Shown piece by piece: positions 26,445-38,388 of a DNA stretch of 51,728 nucleotides. How positions within the stretch are numbered: the first letter of the stretch is position 1; each line of letters begins with the position of its first letter. The notes under the pieces were generated by a model. It saw only the letters and a list, made by a program, of their open reading frames with translations. It did no database searches and was not told the origin of the DNA. Origin of the DNA: Vicugna vicugna (taxonomy: Eukaryota); NCBI GenBank assembly GCA_013265495.1, contig MU057454.1, forward strand, positions 1-51,728. Direction: 5' to 3'. A program made the position numbers and the translations under genes.

Positions 26445-26760
26445 TAGAAATAGACTCATGGACATAGAAAGCAAACTGTTGTTAGCAGGCAGGAAAGGGA
26501 GGATTAACAGATACACATTAATAAATATAAAATAAATGACAAGGACCTACTATATAGCAATATATAGCACAGGGAACTATATTAAATTTCTTGTAATGAG
26601 TTGTACTAAGAACAATCTGAACAATATGTATATACATATGCATATGTTTATAACTGAATCTCTGCTGTACATCTGAAGCTAACATGGTAAATTGACTACA
26701 TTTTAATAAAAAATAATTTTTATAATAAGTAAAATTAAAAGCAACGCCATAAAAAAAAAA
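26445..26760 (+). mobile_element. Artiodactyl-type L1 3' end
   Basis: aatagactcatggacatagaaagcaaact...caaggacctactatatagcacagggaactatatt...actgaatctctgctgtacatctgaagctaaca, followed by an A-rich tail. Confidence 0.88.
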
Positions 26761-26932
26761 TATAAGAACACGGTAATCCCCTTCGCTGTAAGTGGTCGAG
26801 AACTCTGGTTGCAAGCACCAAGTCCACTCGATCACTCCAGCTCTGGCTGTCACTCATTCTAACCATCAGAGAGTCACTTGGCTTCTACAAGGTTACTTTT
26901 CTCTTCTGTGAAAGGCTACAATTGCATCTAAC

Positions 26933-27820
26933 GATGTATTCAATCTCATCATTCACAAACCCAAAAATTAATGAGGATTTCCCATAGGCCTGGCTCTGGA
27001 CAGATGAAAAGATAGGGTCCCAGATATATTCATGTGTAGAAAAATTTAATGCCATAAAGACATTAATGCTTCCTGATTTGATAGACAGATTCAATGCAAT
27101 TCTGACTAGAATTCCTCCCAGATATTTCATGGAATGTAACAAGTAAATTTATGGTCAGGAATAGCCAAGAAACTTATTTAGAACCAACACTGGGAAGGGG
27201 TGGATAAGTCATTCATTTCCACTGGTCTTTCTGAAGTGATGAAAACGTTCTGGAATAATAATGGTTGCACAATTGTGAATATGCTAAAAGCTGCTGAATT
27301 GTAACATTTAAGTGGGTAGACTTCATGGTGTGTGAACAATATCACAATAAAGCTGTTATATGAAAAAATCCTCCTTGATGTATTCAATCTCATCATTCAC
27401 AAACCCAAAAATTAATGAGGATTTCCCATAGGCCTGGCTCTGGACAGATGAAAAGATAGGGTCCCAGATATATTCATGTGTAGAAAAATTTAATGCCATA
27501 AAGACATTAATGCTTCCTGATTTGATAGACAGATTCAATGCAATTCTGACTAGAATTCCTCCCAGATATTTCATGGAATGTAACAAGTAAATTTATGGTC
27601 AGGAATAGCCAAGAAACTTATTTAGAACCAACACTGGGAAGGGGTGGATAAGTCATTCATTTCCACTGGTCTTTCTGAAGTGATGAAAACGTTCTGGAAT
27701 AATAATGGTTGCACAATTGTGAATATGCTAAAAGCTGCTGAATTGTAACATTTAAGTGGGTAGACTTCATGGTGTGTGAACAATATCACAATAAAGCTGT
27801 TATATGAAAAAATCCTCCTT
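26933..27820. repeat. Perfect tandem duplication, 2 x 444 bp, containing old L1 fragments
   Basis: 26933-27376 and 27377-27820 look identical by eye. The ORF track shows the same peptides twice. Confidence 0.95.
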
Positions 27821-28200
27821 GCCAATTATTTTTCCCTCTATACTACTAGTCTGTTCCACAATTTAAGGAAAGCAAAAACAAACAAAAACAAAAAAACAGA
27901 TTTTGCCAGGAGCTCTTTAGGACTTCAATGTCTCTGGATCTCCAGCGCCTGTGGTGGTGCTGTTCCTGTACACACACTAGCTGGGCTGGACTTGTTAGGG
28001 ACTGTAACTATCTTTTTAAGAGAGACGGTCTCACGTTTCACCCTGGGAGAAGGAAGGAAGAAGGATGTCACAGCCTCATGCCTTCAACTCATTTTTAAGT
28101 GAACAAAGTCCTGCTTTCACCACTGTAATCCCTATCACTATAAAAACACGTGACATCAACAAGCACCGCCATAACCCCTGAAAGTGTTCAAGGTACTTAC

Positions 28201-28990
28201 CTGGGGCAGAAACACTGAGGGAGGAGACAGAAGCTCGCTCAGCACTGGCGCTCCCTTTTCCCGACTCCGCCAGGAGAAGCTGGGCTTTACGGCCGGAGGC
28301 TCTCAGCCAGGGGAGCAGCGCCCACGCCGGTGATCTGGACCTCAGGGAGCGGGAAAGGGAGAGAAAGGCAGCCCCGGGGGGGCAGGGAGAGCTGGGGGTG
28401 GGGGACGCGGGCTGCAGCCCCGCTCGGAGGCCAGCCCCAGCCACAGCCACAGCCCCATCCGAGTCCGCAGACCCAGCCCGCCCAGGACATAGCCCGCCCA
28501 GGGGCGGGGATGGGCCGGCGGCAGAGGAGAGGCAGCCCTGGAGGAGAGGACTAGCGGGCGGGAGCGGGGAAGGGGATGCCAGCCACGGACTGAGGGGAGC
28601 CCGGCTGAGCGAGAGGCGACAGGGGCACACCTGGCCCTGGGCAGCTGTGGCCGGGGCTCCGGGGCAGGTGGCGATGGCAGAGGGGCCTGGCCCGAGCAAT
28701 TCAGCTGAACACACGCTGACGTGCACCCTCGCGGGGTGTGACACGCAGACCGCCCATACCGCAGCCGCCTGACCCCTTTCCCGAGATACCCCCACCTTGC
28801 ACTTCCACAGCCAGAGGCCCCGGCCCGGGGCAGGAGCCAAAGGCCTACCGGCGGACAGAGCTCAGAAGCCTTTGGAGCCGATCCCCGGCTCGGACATGGA
28901 GCTTCCAACCAGCGGTCCGACTGGCAGCAACTGCCCATGCGCAGGAGGGCCAGCGATCCGCTCTGGGTTCTGCGAGAGAAGGTGGGGAAT
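28201..28990 (-). promoter_or_regulatory. CpG-island promoter and probable non-coding first exon(s) of the TRAPPC9-like unit
   Basis: Strongly GC- and CpG-rich over about 28230-28990. There is a consensus minus-strand donor CAG|GTAAGT at 28201/28200, 4.5 kb upstream of the ATG exon, and a second candidate donor CCG|GTAGGC near 28848. Motifs: CAACTGCC (MYB-type) at 28928-28935, GCCCATGCGCA (NRF1-like) at 28933-28943, TGACGT at about 28717, and a CACGTGAC E-box at about 28147. Confidence 0.75.
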
Positions 28991-29618
28991 CGAGGGAAAG
29001 AGAATATGGGAGGAGGAGGGGAAGAGGGGAAAAGTGGTAGGAGACACATGGACAGGAGGAGCAGAGAGAAGTCATGGATCTGGAGTTGGGAGGGGAGTAG
29101 CAGAGATGGGGAGAAATCCTTTTACCTCTGGGGGCACCCTGAAGGAGGCTGCAGTCCTGCCTCTGCACTATTCTCTCACCCATCAATGCCCACAGCACAT
29201 ATTTTATGTCTGGCCTAGCCCTCCAGCTAAGGTCTCTAGCAGAACCCCTAAGGGTATCACACCATTTGCCCCCGCGCGGAGCTGGCTTTCCTGTTGCTCC
29301 GGGAACCAAGCACCCGCAGGTGTTGTTGCTCAGAACTACCTTGGGAAGAGTAAATATTCCCCTTTTACACGCTGGGAAATAGGCAGGCACGATCTCTGCC
29401 TTAGCTCCACTGTTCCAAGTGTTGGGCTGGCGGGGAGCGGGAGGTAAAATGTCAGAGCCCCAGAAGGAGCAGACTGCCTGAGTGTTGGTGCATAGTCCCC
29501 ATCCCTCCTGGGTAATCCACACCCCACCCTCGGGGAATAACCAACGGCTCACAGTAGGCCCCTGGGTGTGGGAGAGCTGCCCTCAGTTCCAGTGCCCAGC
29601 TTGCTAGGTAGGTAGAAG

Positions 29619-30108
29619 TGTTACTGAGTCCAAATTCATTCTCCTCAGTGCAGGACTGGCCAGTAAGTTGGGAGACCAGGTGTTGGGGCATGGAATAGCA
29701 AGTTTCTGTAGACCAAGATGGCAAACTAATGTCCTGGAAAACCATCTCCCCAAGTCACAATTCAGGCTCCTTTTCTATGTGCTTGGTTTTTGCAAACTTC
29801 TTGGTGTAGGAATTCCTTCTTGTTAGAATCCTTTGTTCTTGCAGCTATCTGCCTGGGTCAGATCCCTGTAAACCTCCAACAAAACAAACGTTATTTTCTA
29901 TTCTGCAACTAGTTATCTTTATATGAATGGAAAAGTGTTAAATACCCTTAAAGGTCAGAGCCTTCAGAATAGGCTCTCCTGCATATTTTAGGCTCTAGGC
30001 AACATTGTTTTACAAGCAAGATGAAGCCTAGGAGACATAGCACAGGGTTAAATTCAAAGGAACAGATCTAATATGGAGTCAGATTTGTTCTGTTCTATTA
30101 CCGGGGCA
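29619..30108 (-). mobile_element. ERV1 solo LTR (MER34/MER4-group-like) with 4-bp TSD
   Basis: TG...CA termini, with GAAG on both sides (29615-29618 and 30109-30112). The 3' end reads ttggactcagtaaca. It is homologous to the LTR at 30749-31272. Confidence 0.85.
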
Positions 30109-30748
30109 GAAGCCACTTGAGGGTTTAAATCCCTTTAAGTTAAAGATAAGCAAAACTTTAAAGGAATTTACATACATTGGTGGGAATGTGCATAGCATAT
30201 CTGGAAAAGCACACAAATGTTTGTAAACAGTGGCATCTCCAGGGAGGCGTGTAAGAACAGAGGATGAGGAAAAAGTCCTTTCACTTGTGTATTTTGTGCT
30301 CTCTTTGAAATTTTTTAACCATATGCATATATTTCTTTTTCAGTTAAAATAAAAGTGTAATGGAGCAAACGAGTAACTAGCTCAGCAAATACAGCAGCCA
30401 TGGAATCACTGAGTCATCATTTTTGATTTAAGCCAGGAAGCATTGATTGCCTCTCTCCTATGTGCCCAATGCTGTTTTAAGACTTCTTTCATATTTTTTT
30501 ATAATATAATAACATGTTAACACTCACCCCTGCCCAGGGCTGGTGGAAAACCAACTGAGTTTTTATTGAGTTGTTTTCCAAGGAGTAGAGATGAGTTATA
30601 AACAGAACACATCTTCAGGGCAATAGAGGCGGAGTGCTTTTCCAGCAGGCCAGATAGCAATGACCGGTTTTCAATAGAGGCGCACAGAGGCTGAGAGAGA
30701 AAGTCTCCAGGACCCTACAGAAAGCTGCCCAAAGTGCCTTCTCCATGG

Positions 30749-31272
30749 CACTACTGAAATAGGAAAGAACAAATCTGACTCCATATTAGATCTGTTCCTT
30801 TGAATTTAACCCTGTGCCCTTTTTCCTAGGCTTAGTCTTGTTGTTTCTGCACCTTTTGTGAAACAGTGTTGCCTAGAGCGTGAAATGTACAGGAGACCTT
30901 ATTCTCACGGCTCTGACTTTGAAGGATATTAACACTTTTCCATTCGTATAAAGATAACAAGATACAGAATAGAAAATAACATTTGTTTGTTGGAGGTTTA
31001 CACGGATCTGACCCAGGTGAAGAGCTGCAAGAACAAAGGATTCTAACAACAAAGAATTCATACACCAAGTTTGCAACAACCAAGAATTCCTGCTTCCCGT
31101 TTTTAATATAAGAGCCTGAATTCTGACTTGGGGTGATGGTTCTCCAGGACATTGGTCTACCATCTTCTCAGCTGGCTTTCCAAATTAAAGTCGCTATTTC
31201 TTGCCCCAAAACCTGGTCTCCTGATGTGTTGGCCTGTAATGCACGAACAGAACAAGCCTGGACTCGGAAACA
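30749..31272 (+). mobile_element. ERV1 solo LTR (MER34/MER4-group-like)
   Basis: aaatctgactccatattagatctgttcctttgaatttaaccctgtgc...attaaagtcgctatttcttgcccc...ggactcggaaaca. Same family as 29619-30108, in the opposite orientation. Confidence 0.85.
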
Positions 31273-32276
31273 CAAACAGACATTGAAAGTACCCATTTGG
31301 TATATTAAATGACCTGCTTGCACTCGTCTTCCTGACGTTTTCTTTTCTTGACCACTCCTGGTATGTTTATGAAAAACCTGTCATGTGGACACATTTCCAT
31401 CTCTAGTCACTACCCTTCCAGGTAAGAACTGATGCCAATAATGCAATGGAAGTTGCTAGAAGATATTACCTGGCCAAAAAATTGCAGAATTGGTTTCTGG
31501 CTGATGTTCAGGAGCAGGCTGTGACACCTGACAAGATGTCATAAGTATGGATAGACAGCTGGGCACCAAAGGAGAAGCTTCTAAACTTCCATGAGGGACT
31601 TGTTGGATAGGAAGGAAAAGTCCCAGACTATAGCTCTGATCCCACCACGAGCTTCCTGGGTGAGGCTGGGCAAGTCATTTAAATTCTCTAGGCCCGTGCT
31701 GTCCAACATGGGAGCCACCAGCCACATGCAGGATTATGATGTTATTCTGTAGCCAGACAGAATTATAAATAAACATTTTATTGCAAAGGGTCAGCAGGTA
31801 TAATAGTTAAAAACATTATTGGTTATCTTGCCCTAACAAGTTATTTTTGTATGTCTAGCTTTCTGTGGTTTGCAATGCCTGCGACTAATGATTCCCTTAC
31901 AGTGAGATATTTTGAAATTATAAGTTACTGGACACAGTGCCCACATATCACACTTGAAAAAAATTGATCCACATAAGCAAGGTGATCTGACTTACTAGTT
32001 ATGAGCAGGGGCTCTGGGGCCAGACTGCCTGAGTATAAATTCTCACTCTGCCTCCAGGGGGTTCTGTGTGAATCTTGGAAAAATTGTTGTTGTTATTGTT
32101 GTTGTTGTTGTTGTTATTTGTGCCTCTTTTTCCTTCCCTTTTAAATAGCGAGGAATATGTAGACTCTATCTCGTACCGTGTTGCCAGGATTAAATGAGTA
32201 AACGTCTGTGCTGCCCACTTCCCTGGGTTTCAGCATTCTCCAGGCAATCAGTGCCAAACTCAGAGGCATTCTCCAC

Positions 32277-32628
32277 TGTCTTCGTCAGTCTGGGATGCTG
32301 TAACAAATTACCGTGGGTCGGGTGGCTTAAACAACCAGCATGTTCCTTAAGTTTTGGAGGCTGAGGTCAATGTATCTTGGAGAGGATAGCCTTCATGGCT
32401 CGAAGATGGCTGTCTTCCCACAATCTTCGTGGGCCTGAGAGCAGAAAGAAGCAAGCACTCCGGGGCCCTGTATAAGAACACTAATCCCATTCATGAGGGC
32501 TCCACTCTCATGAATTCATTTTATCCTACTAATCACCTCCCAAAGGCCCCGCCTCACAATACCATCACCCTGGGAGATGGGGTTTCGACATATGGATTTT
32601 GAGGAGATGCAAACATTCAGTCCACACA
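32277..32628 (-). mobile_element. MaLR LTR (MLT1A-like)
   Basis: tgctgtaacaaattac...ggtggcttaaacaac...cactaatcccattcatgagggctccactctcatga...cacctcccaaaggcccc...aaacattcagtcca. Confidence 0.88.
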
Positions 32629-32946
32629 TCGGCTAACTCTCCCCAACATGCAGTCATCAAACATGTAGCTAATTTCAAAGTAATGTTTGTATCTCTCTGC
32701 CCATTTCTATTCCTACATCCACCAACACCGAAGCCCTGTTACATTTTATTCCTTATTTTTCTGGTAGAGATTTATTTGATTCCTCTAACTCCAATGCTTC
32801 CCTCGCTCCAGTCTGCTTCACAGCCATGCCAGGTAGGTCTTCCTTAAAACACCATCCCACTTCACCTGGTTGTTTTTTAGGTGTAAATGTCAGAATCCTC
32901 TCCACACCCCATCCTAGACCTTTAATCCCTTACACTGCGGCTCACT

Positions 32947-33710
32947 ATGTTATTTTCCCATTACCACTGTTACAAATTTCCATAAGCTTAATAGCTTAAA
33001 CCAGCACAGATTTATCAGCTTACGGCTGTGTAGGTCAGAGATCCAACACAGTTCTCATTGGGCTAAATTCAAGGTACAAGCACGATTCCTTCCTTCTAGA
33101 GGGTCTAGAAGATAATGTTTCCTTTTTTTTTTTTCCAGTTTCCAGAGGTCACCCACCTTCCTTAGCTTGTGCCACTCAACTTTCTCCATTTTCATGGTCA
33201 ACAGCCTTTCTGAACATTGCTCCATGGCTACACCTCCCTCTGACTTTAAACTCAGCTGGGAAATATCCTCCATTTTATGGACCCCTGTGATTACATTGGG
33301 CCCACCTGGACAATCCAGGCTACTCACCCTATTGTCTCATCTCAGGATCCCCTTGTCCCATCCCACTCAGGAATTATGTATGTGGCTGTGACACTCACCT
33401 TGTGTAACATTTCCTCTCATGAGCAATTCATAGTTCAAGGCACTTATAAGTGACTTTTTGTTTTTCTTCCTTATCCTTTCTACATTCAGTATGTCTGGTG
33501 AGATTATATGAATCATTTTTATTTGTGCCCCTGCTCTAATCTTTAATAATGTATCATGGGATTAAAAGGCTAACTAATAGACAATTTAGGGGACAGAAAT
33601 CCTCTAAGATATTTGTCCTAAAATATCTGTCATCCCTTTTGCCATGTACAGTAACATGTCACAGGTGGCTACCCTGTGGCCAGGGAGGGACATGATTCTG
33701 CAACCACAGT
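32947..33710 (-). mobile_element. MaLR LTR (MLT1D-like), split by a ~290-bp insert
   Basis: ttacaaatt...agcttaaaccagcacagatttat...tgtgattacattgggcccacctggacaatccagg, which resumes at atctgtcatcccttttgccatgtacagtaacat. Confidence 0.75.
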
Positions 33711-34813
33711 CCCCTCATTCTCACCAATATGCTGATCACCTAACCAAGGATCTATGCTCCCCGCTTCGCTCACTTCCTCCTCCTTCCCATTGACTATCCT
33801 GTTCCCACTATTTCCTTCATTCACCCCATCAGGATTTCATGACCACATTCTTCTCTAAATGAAATGGGTATCCTGCATTTAATGTCTGACAGCAGTTCTT
33901 AATGTATATGCACACACTGACCTACACATAACCCCGTCCATCTCTTTATTTTCCTAGAATCTTCCAGAGGAATCAGTTCCATGATGATGATGATGATGAT
34001 ACTGACAATGATGACAGGGGCCTCTCAAGGATTCTGATAAAGAGGGAATCAATAAAGGGAGGGAATCACTGCAAAATTGCCCCAGAAACAGGCTTAAAGG
34101 TAAATAACTGCTAAAGTGTTTAATGAAATTGACTAATATTTAACTATTTTTAAAACTTTATATCACTGAATTTAAAATTTTAATGAGAATTTTCATTCAC
34201 CACTAACCAAGGTTCAACTCTAGGACCAAAATCTAAGGATTTCTGCCTTCTAACAAATTGTCCACTAGCGTTTTAAACACGTGATCCTTTTAAAAAGCTT
34301 TGGGCTGGGCTGAAAATAAGAAGGATTCATATAATCTCATCAGACACAGTGAATGTGGAAAGACTAAGGAAGAAAAAAAAAAGCCATTCATAACGTCTTG
34401 AACTTTATGTTGCTCACAGGAGAAAATGTTAGCCAAGGTGAGTGTCACATCAACATGAGGCCTGAGTGGGATGGGGAAGCTGATCTGCCTCATCAGACAT
34501 TTATGCTGATTTGTAAGATGCCAACACAGTTTCCTCATTGGATTTGCTTCTAACAAGTATGGAAGAATTTATGTTCTACAAAAAGCAGGCTAAATATTTT
34601 CCCCTGCTGTCAGGTCTCTGAACTGAATGTCCCCACAAGAAGGATATGATTATGTTTCATAGGGAAGTCTTACTGAGAAGCAACAGGTTTTTCTAGGGCA
34701 GAACTGCAGGGCCCCCCGTGGAGGGCTGGAGGAGGGCTAGAGGGGACACTGGAAAAACAGCAGGAGTGAGTTTAGATACTGCTACTCAGGTCGCCAAAGA
34801 CAGCATTGCTTCC

Positions 34814-35710
34814 TCTAATGATATGACATTCTCCCAAAAGTTCCATGAGTGAAGAAGCCTGTGAACACTAAGCAGGTTGTTAAGACACAGCAGCACATAA
34901 TTTGCGTGACAACACAATTAGAGTATGATTTGATATTTGGAAAATAATTAGCCCATTGTTCTTTGAAACTGCAGCAGTAGCAATAGAAATAAAAAAGACT
35001 GAGCCATCTTGGGGACAACAAGCAATAAACAATTCTGAATCTGCAGGATTCCTTGACAATTTGCAAGCAATGAGCTAGATGTGTGCTGCAGATACCTCTT
35101 ACTGCAGGGCTCACTCCTGCAAAGTATAGAACTAGTTTCTCAGCAGACAGGGGGAACCAAGTCAAGATTCCTAATCTTGAGAGGTTTACTATATGGCAGG
35201 AAAGATCAGACAAGTACATACAGCCAAATATGAATAAATGTAATCAAATATTATCAAATGTATCTAATGATATGACATTCTCCCAAAAGTTCCATGAGTG
35301 AAGAAGCCTGTGAACACTAAGCAGGTTGTTAAGACACAGCAGCACATAATTTGCGTGACAACACAATTAGAGTATGATTTGATATTTGGAAAATAATTAG
35401 CCCATTGTTCTTTGAAACTGCAGCAGTAGCAATAGAAATAAAAAAGACTGAGCCATCTTGGGGACAACAAGCAATAAACAATTCTGAATCTGCAGGATTC
35501 CTTGACAATTTGCAAGCAATGAGCTAGATGTGTGCTGCAGATACCTCTTACTGCAGGGCTCACTCCTGCAAAGTATAGAACTAGTTTCTCAGCAGACAGG
35601 GGGAACCAAGTCAAGATTCCTAATCTTGAGAGGTTTACTCTATGGCAGGAAAGATCAGACAAGTACATACAGCCAAATATGAATAAATGTAATCAAATAT
35701 TATCAAATGT
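34814..35710. repeat. Near-perfect tandem duplication, 2 x 449 bp
   Basis: 34814-35262 and 35263-35710 match, with one internal mismatch seen (a at 35191 vs c at 35640). Confidence 0.95.
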
Positions 35711-35829
35711 GATTGGAGCACAGATAAAAGGTAAATTCCTTTCACCTGGGATCTAGAGAGACTTCTTTAGAAAATGTGGCTTTGGAGATGGCCAAAGACA
35801 TGGGTGGAATTTTGGCAGAACAAGATGTA

Positions 35830-37422
35830 AGGAATTTAAAAACTGATCCTAAATTAATATAAAAATTCAAAGGATCCAAATATCCAAAACAATTTTGAAC
35901 AAGAAAAACAAAGTTGAAAGACTTGCACTATCTGATTTTCAGACTTTTTTACATAAAGCTACAGTAATCAGAATGTATGTTGTTGGTGTAAAACAGGAAA
36001 ATAGAATAATGGAACAGAATAGAATGTTCAGAACTAAACAAACACCTATATAGACAATTGATTCTCAAAAAGGATGCAGTGAAGAAAAGAAACTTTTCAA
36101 CAAGTATTGCTGGAACAATTAGACAGTGATACGCACAAAAAAAAAAAACCAAAAAAACATGAACTTTGATCCACACCTCACAAAATATACAAAATTTAAC
36201 TCAAAATGGATCATCGATCTTAATAGGAAATCTAAAACTATAAAACAGCTAGGAGAAAAAGCATATGCTTAAGCTTTATGACCTTGGGTTTGGCAAATAT
36301 TTCTTATTGGCAAATATTGCTATGACACCAAAAGTATAATCTATTTTAAAAAGAAACTGATACAGTGGACTTTATCAAAATGAAGACTCTTCAAAGCTCT
36401 TCTAAACACTGCTAATCAAATGAAAAGATAAGCCATAGACAGAAGTTATTTGCAGATCAAATATCTGATAAATGTCTCTCTTTGTATCTGATCCAGAATA
36501 AAGAGGTCTCAAAATTCAATAATAATGCAAACACCTGAATGAAAGAATGAGGCCAGGAAACACAATTCAGTAAAGATATCCAGATGGATAATAAGCATAT
36601 GAAAAAATGCTGATTAAAGATGCCATTAATCATTAGAGAAATGCCTTTAAAAACCACAGTGAGATCCTAGTTCACATACATACAAGAATGAATACGATTA
36701 GAAAGACTGAATTTACAAAGTGCTGGCAAGGAAGTAGAGCAACCAGAACTGATACACACCACGAGGAATTTACAATAGTACAACCATTTAGGAAAAGTCT
36801 TTAACAGTATCTTTAAAAAAGGTAAATACCTATCTACCATATAACCCAGACATTCCTCATCTGGTGTTTTAGAAAAGAAAAGCATATGCCCATACAAAGA
36901 CTTGTAACCAAACATTCACTGCAATTTTATTTATAATAGCTCAAGTTGTAAATAACCCATGCATCCATCAAGAAGTAAATGGAGAAACAAATGATGGTCT
37001 ATACAAACACAGCTCACAATAAACTATTCAGTAAAAACTCAGCACTAAACAATACTCTGCTATAAGACAAATAAGCTATTACTACAACAACACAGATGAC
37101 TCTCAAAATAATTACACTGAATGAAAGAAGTCAGACAACACAGAGTAGATACTGCATGAATCTATTCATACAAGGATCTTGAAAATGCAAACCAATATGT
37201 TGTGATAGAAAGCAGATCAATGGTTTCCAGGGGAAGAGATGGGGAGGGAGGGAGGGAAAACAAAAGGCAGAAGAGAAGCTTTGTGGGTGATGGGTATGTT
37301 CACTGTCTTGAGTGTGGTCATGGTTTTTGGGGATATACTTATGTCAAAATGTATTAAGCTGTACACTTTAAACGTGTGAAAATTATTTTGCCAAGTATAC
37401 CCCAAAGCTGTTTTAAGAAAAA
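35830..37422 (+). mobile_element. L1M ORF2 C-terminus and 3'UTR
   Basis: caaaacaattttgaacaagaaaaacaaagttg...aaagctacagtaatcaga...aactcaaaatggatca...aaaaccacagtgagat...tgaaagaagtcagac...gctgtacactttaaa. Confidence 0.92.
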
Positions 37423-38109
37423 AGGCACTTCAGGCCTGATTCACCTCAGCGCCTGATGTAGTGACATGATCAGTCCCCCACCCTGTCTGCCTAACGGGAA
37501 GGTAGAAAACCTCTCACGGAAGGTAACATATGGATTTTTCATTTTCAATGTCTGCCATGTAATAAAGAATTTCTAGACATGCAACATGTCAAGACTATAT
37601 GACGGATAATATGAGAATAAGAAACATTAGACAAAGGATGTAAACCTCCAGGTGATGTAGGCATCAGGGTTACCAATAAAGGCTATAAAATACTTTTAAT
37701 ATATTCAAGAATATAAGGAAATGATGGGAGAATAGATAACAGGGTAAAGACTTTCACCAGAGAAATATACTGGAATGTATTTTTAAGAAAAATCTAACAG
37801 ATACTCTAGAACTGAAGCTTTCAGATCTGGAAACAGGTAAACAGAGTTAATTAAGATCCCTTTTAAGTAAAACTTTCAGTAATGCCGGATAAAATACAAC
37901 AACAAAAGTAACACAGAGCTAACTATGGAGAGAGAAGTTCCCAGGTGACAATACAAAGGGGACACTTAAAGCCCAGAGTGGTAATCTTGTGAGCTGATGC
38001 CTCCGCACCCTGGAGGCAAGGGGTTTTAATCTGCACATAAATAGGGATACAATGTCCACTTAGGAAAAAGGGTCCATACCAGATGTAGAAGACTCCTCCT
38101 TTATATCTA

Positions 38110-38388
38110 TATAGTCAGAGACAGAGATGTAAAGTGGCAGCAGAGGTCACAGTGACACAGGGCCCTGGGCCAAGGAGTGTGAGCACCTCTGCAAGCTGGG
38201 AAAGATAGGAAGATGAATCCCTCCCTAGAGCCTCGGTGTGGAACATAGCCTTGGCCACACGTTGGTTTTAGCCCACTGACATCGAATTTGCAATTCTGCA
38301 CCCTAGAAAGTGAGACTATGAATGTGTATTGCTTTAAGCCACTGAGTCTGTGGTCCTTTGTTACAACAGCAATAGGAAAGGAACTCAG
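38110..38388 (+). mobile_element. MaLR LTR (MLT1-like) 3' part
   Basis: gccaaggagtgtgagcacctct...gaatcctccctagagcctc...tgtgtattgctttaagccactgagtctgtggtcctttgttacaacagcaataggaaa. Confidence 0.85.

Noticed and set aside
28076..29552. Several overlapping 200-250-aa ORFs on both strands
   Set aside because: These are low-complexity Pro/Ala/Gly/Arg frames expected in a CpG island, with no recognisable homology.
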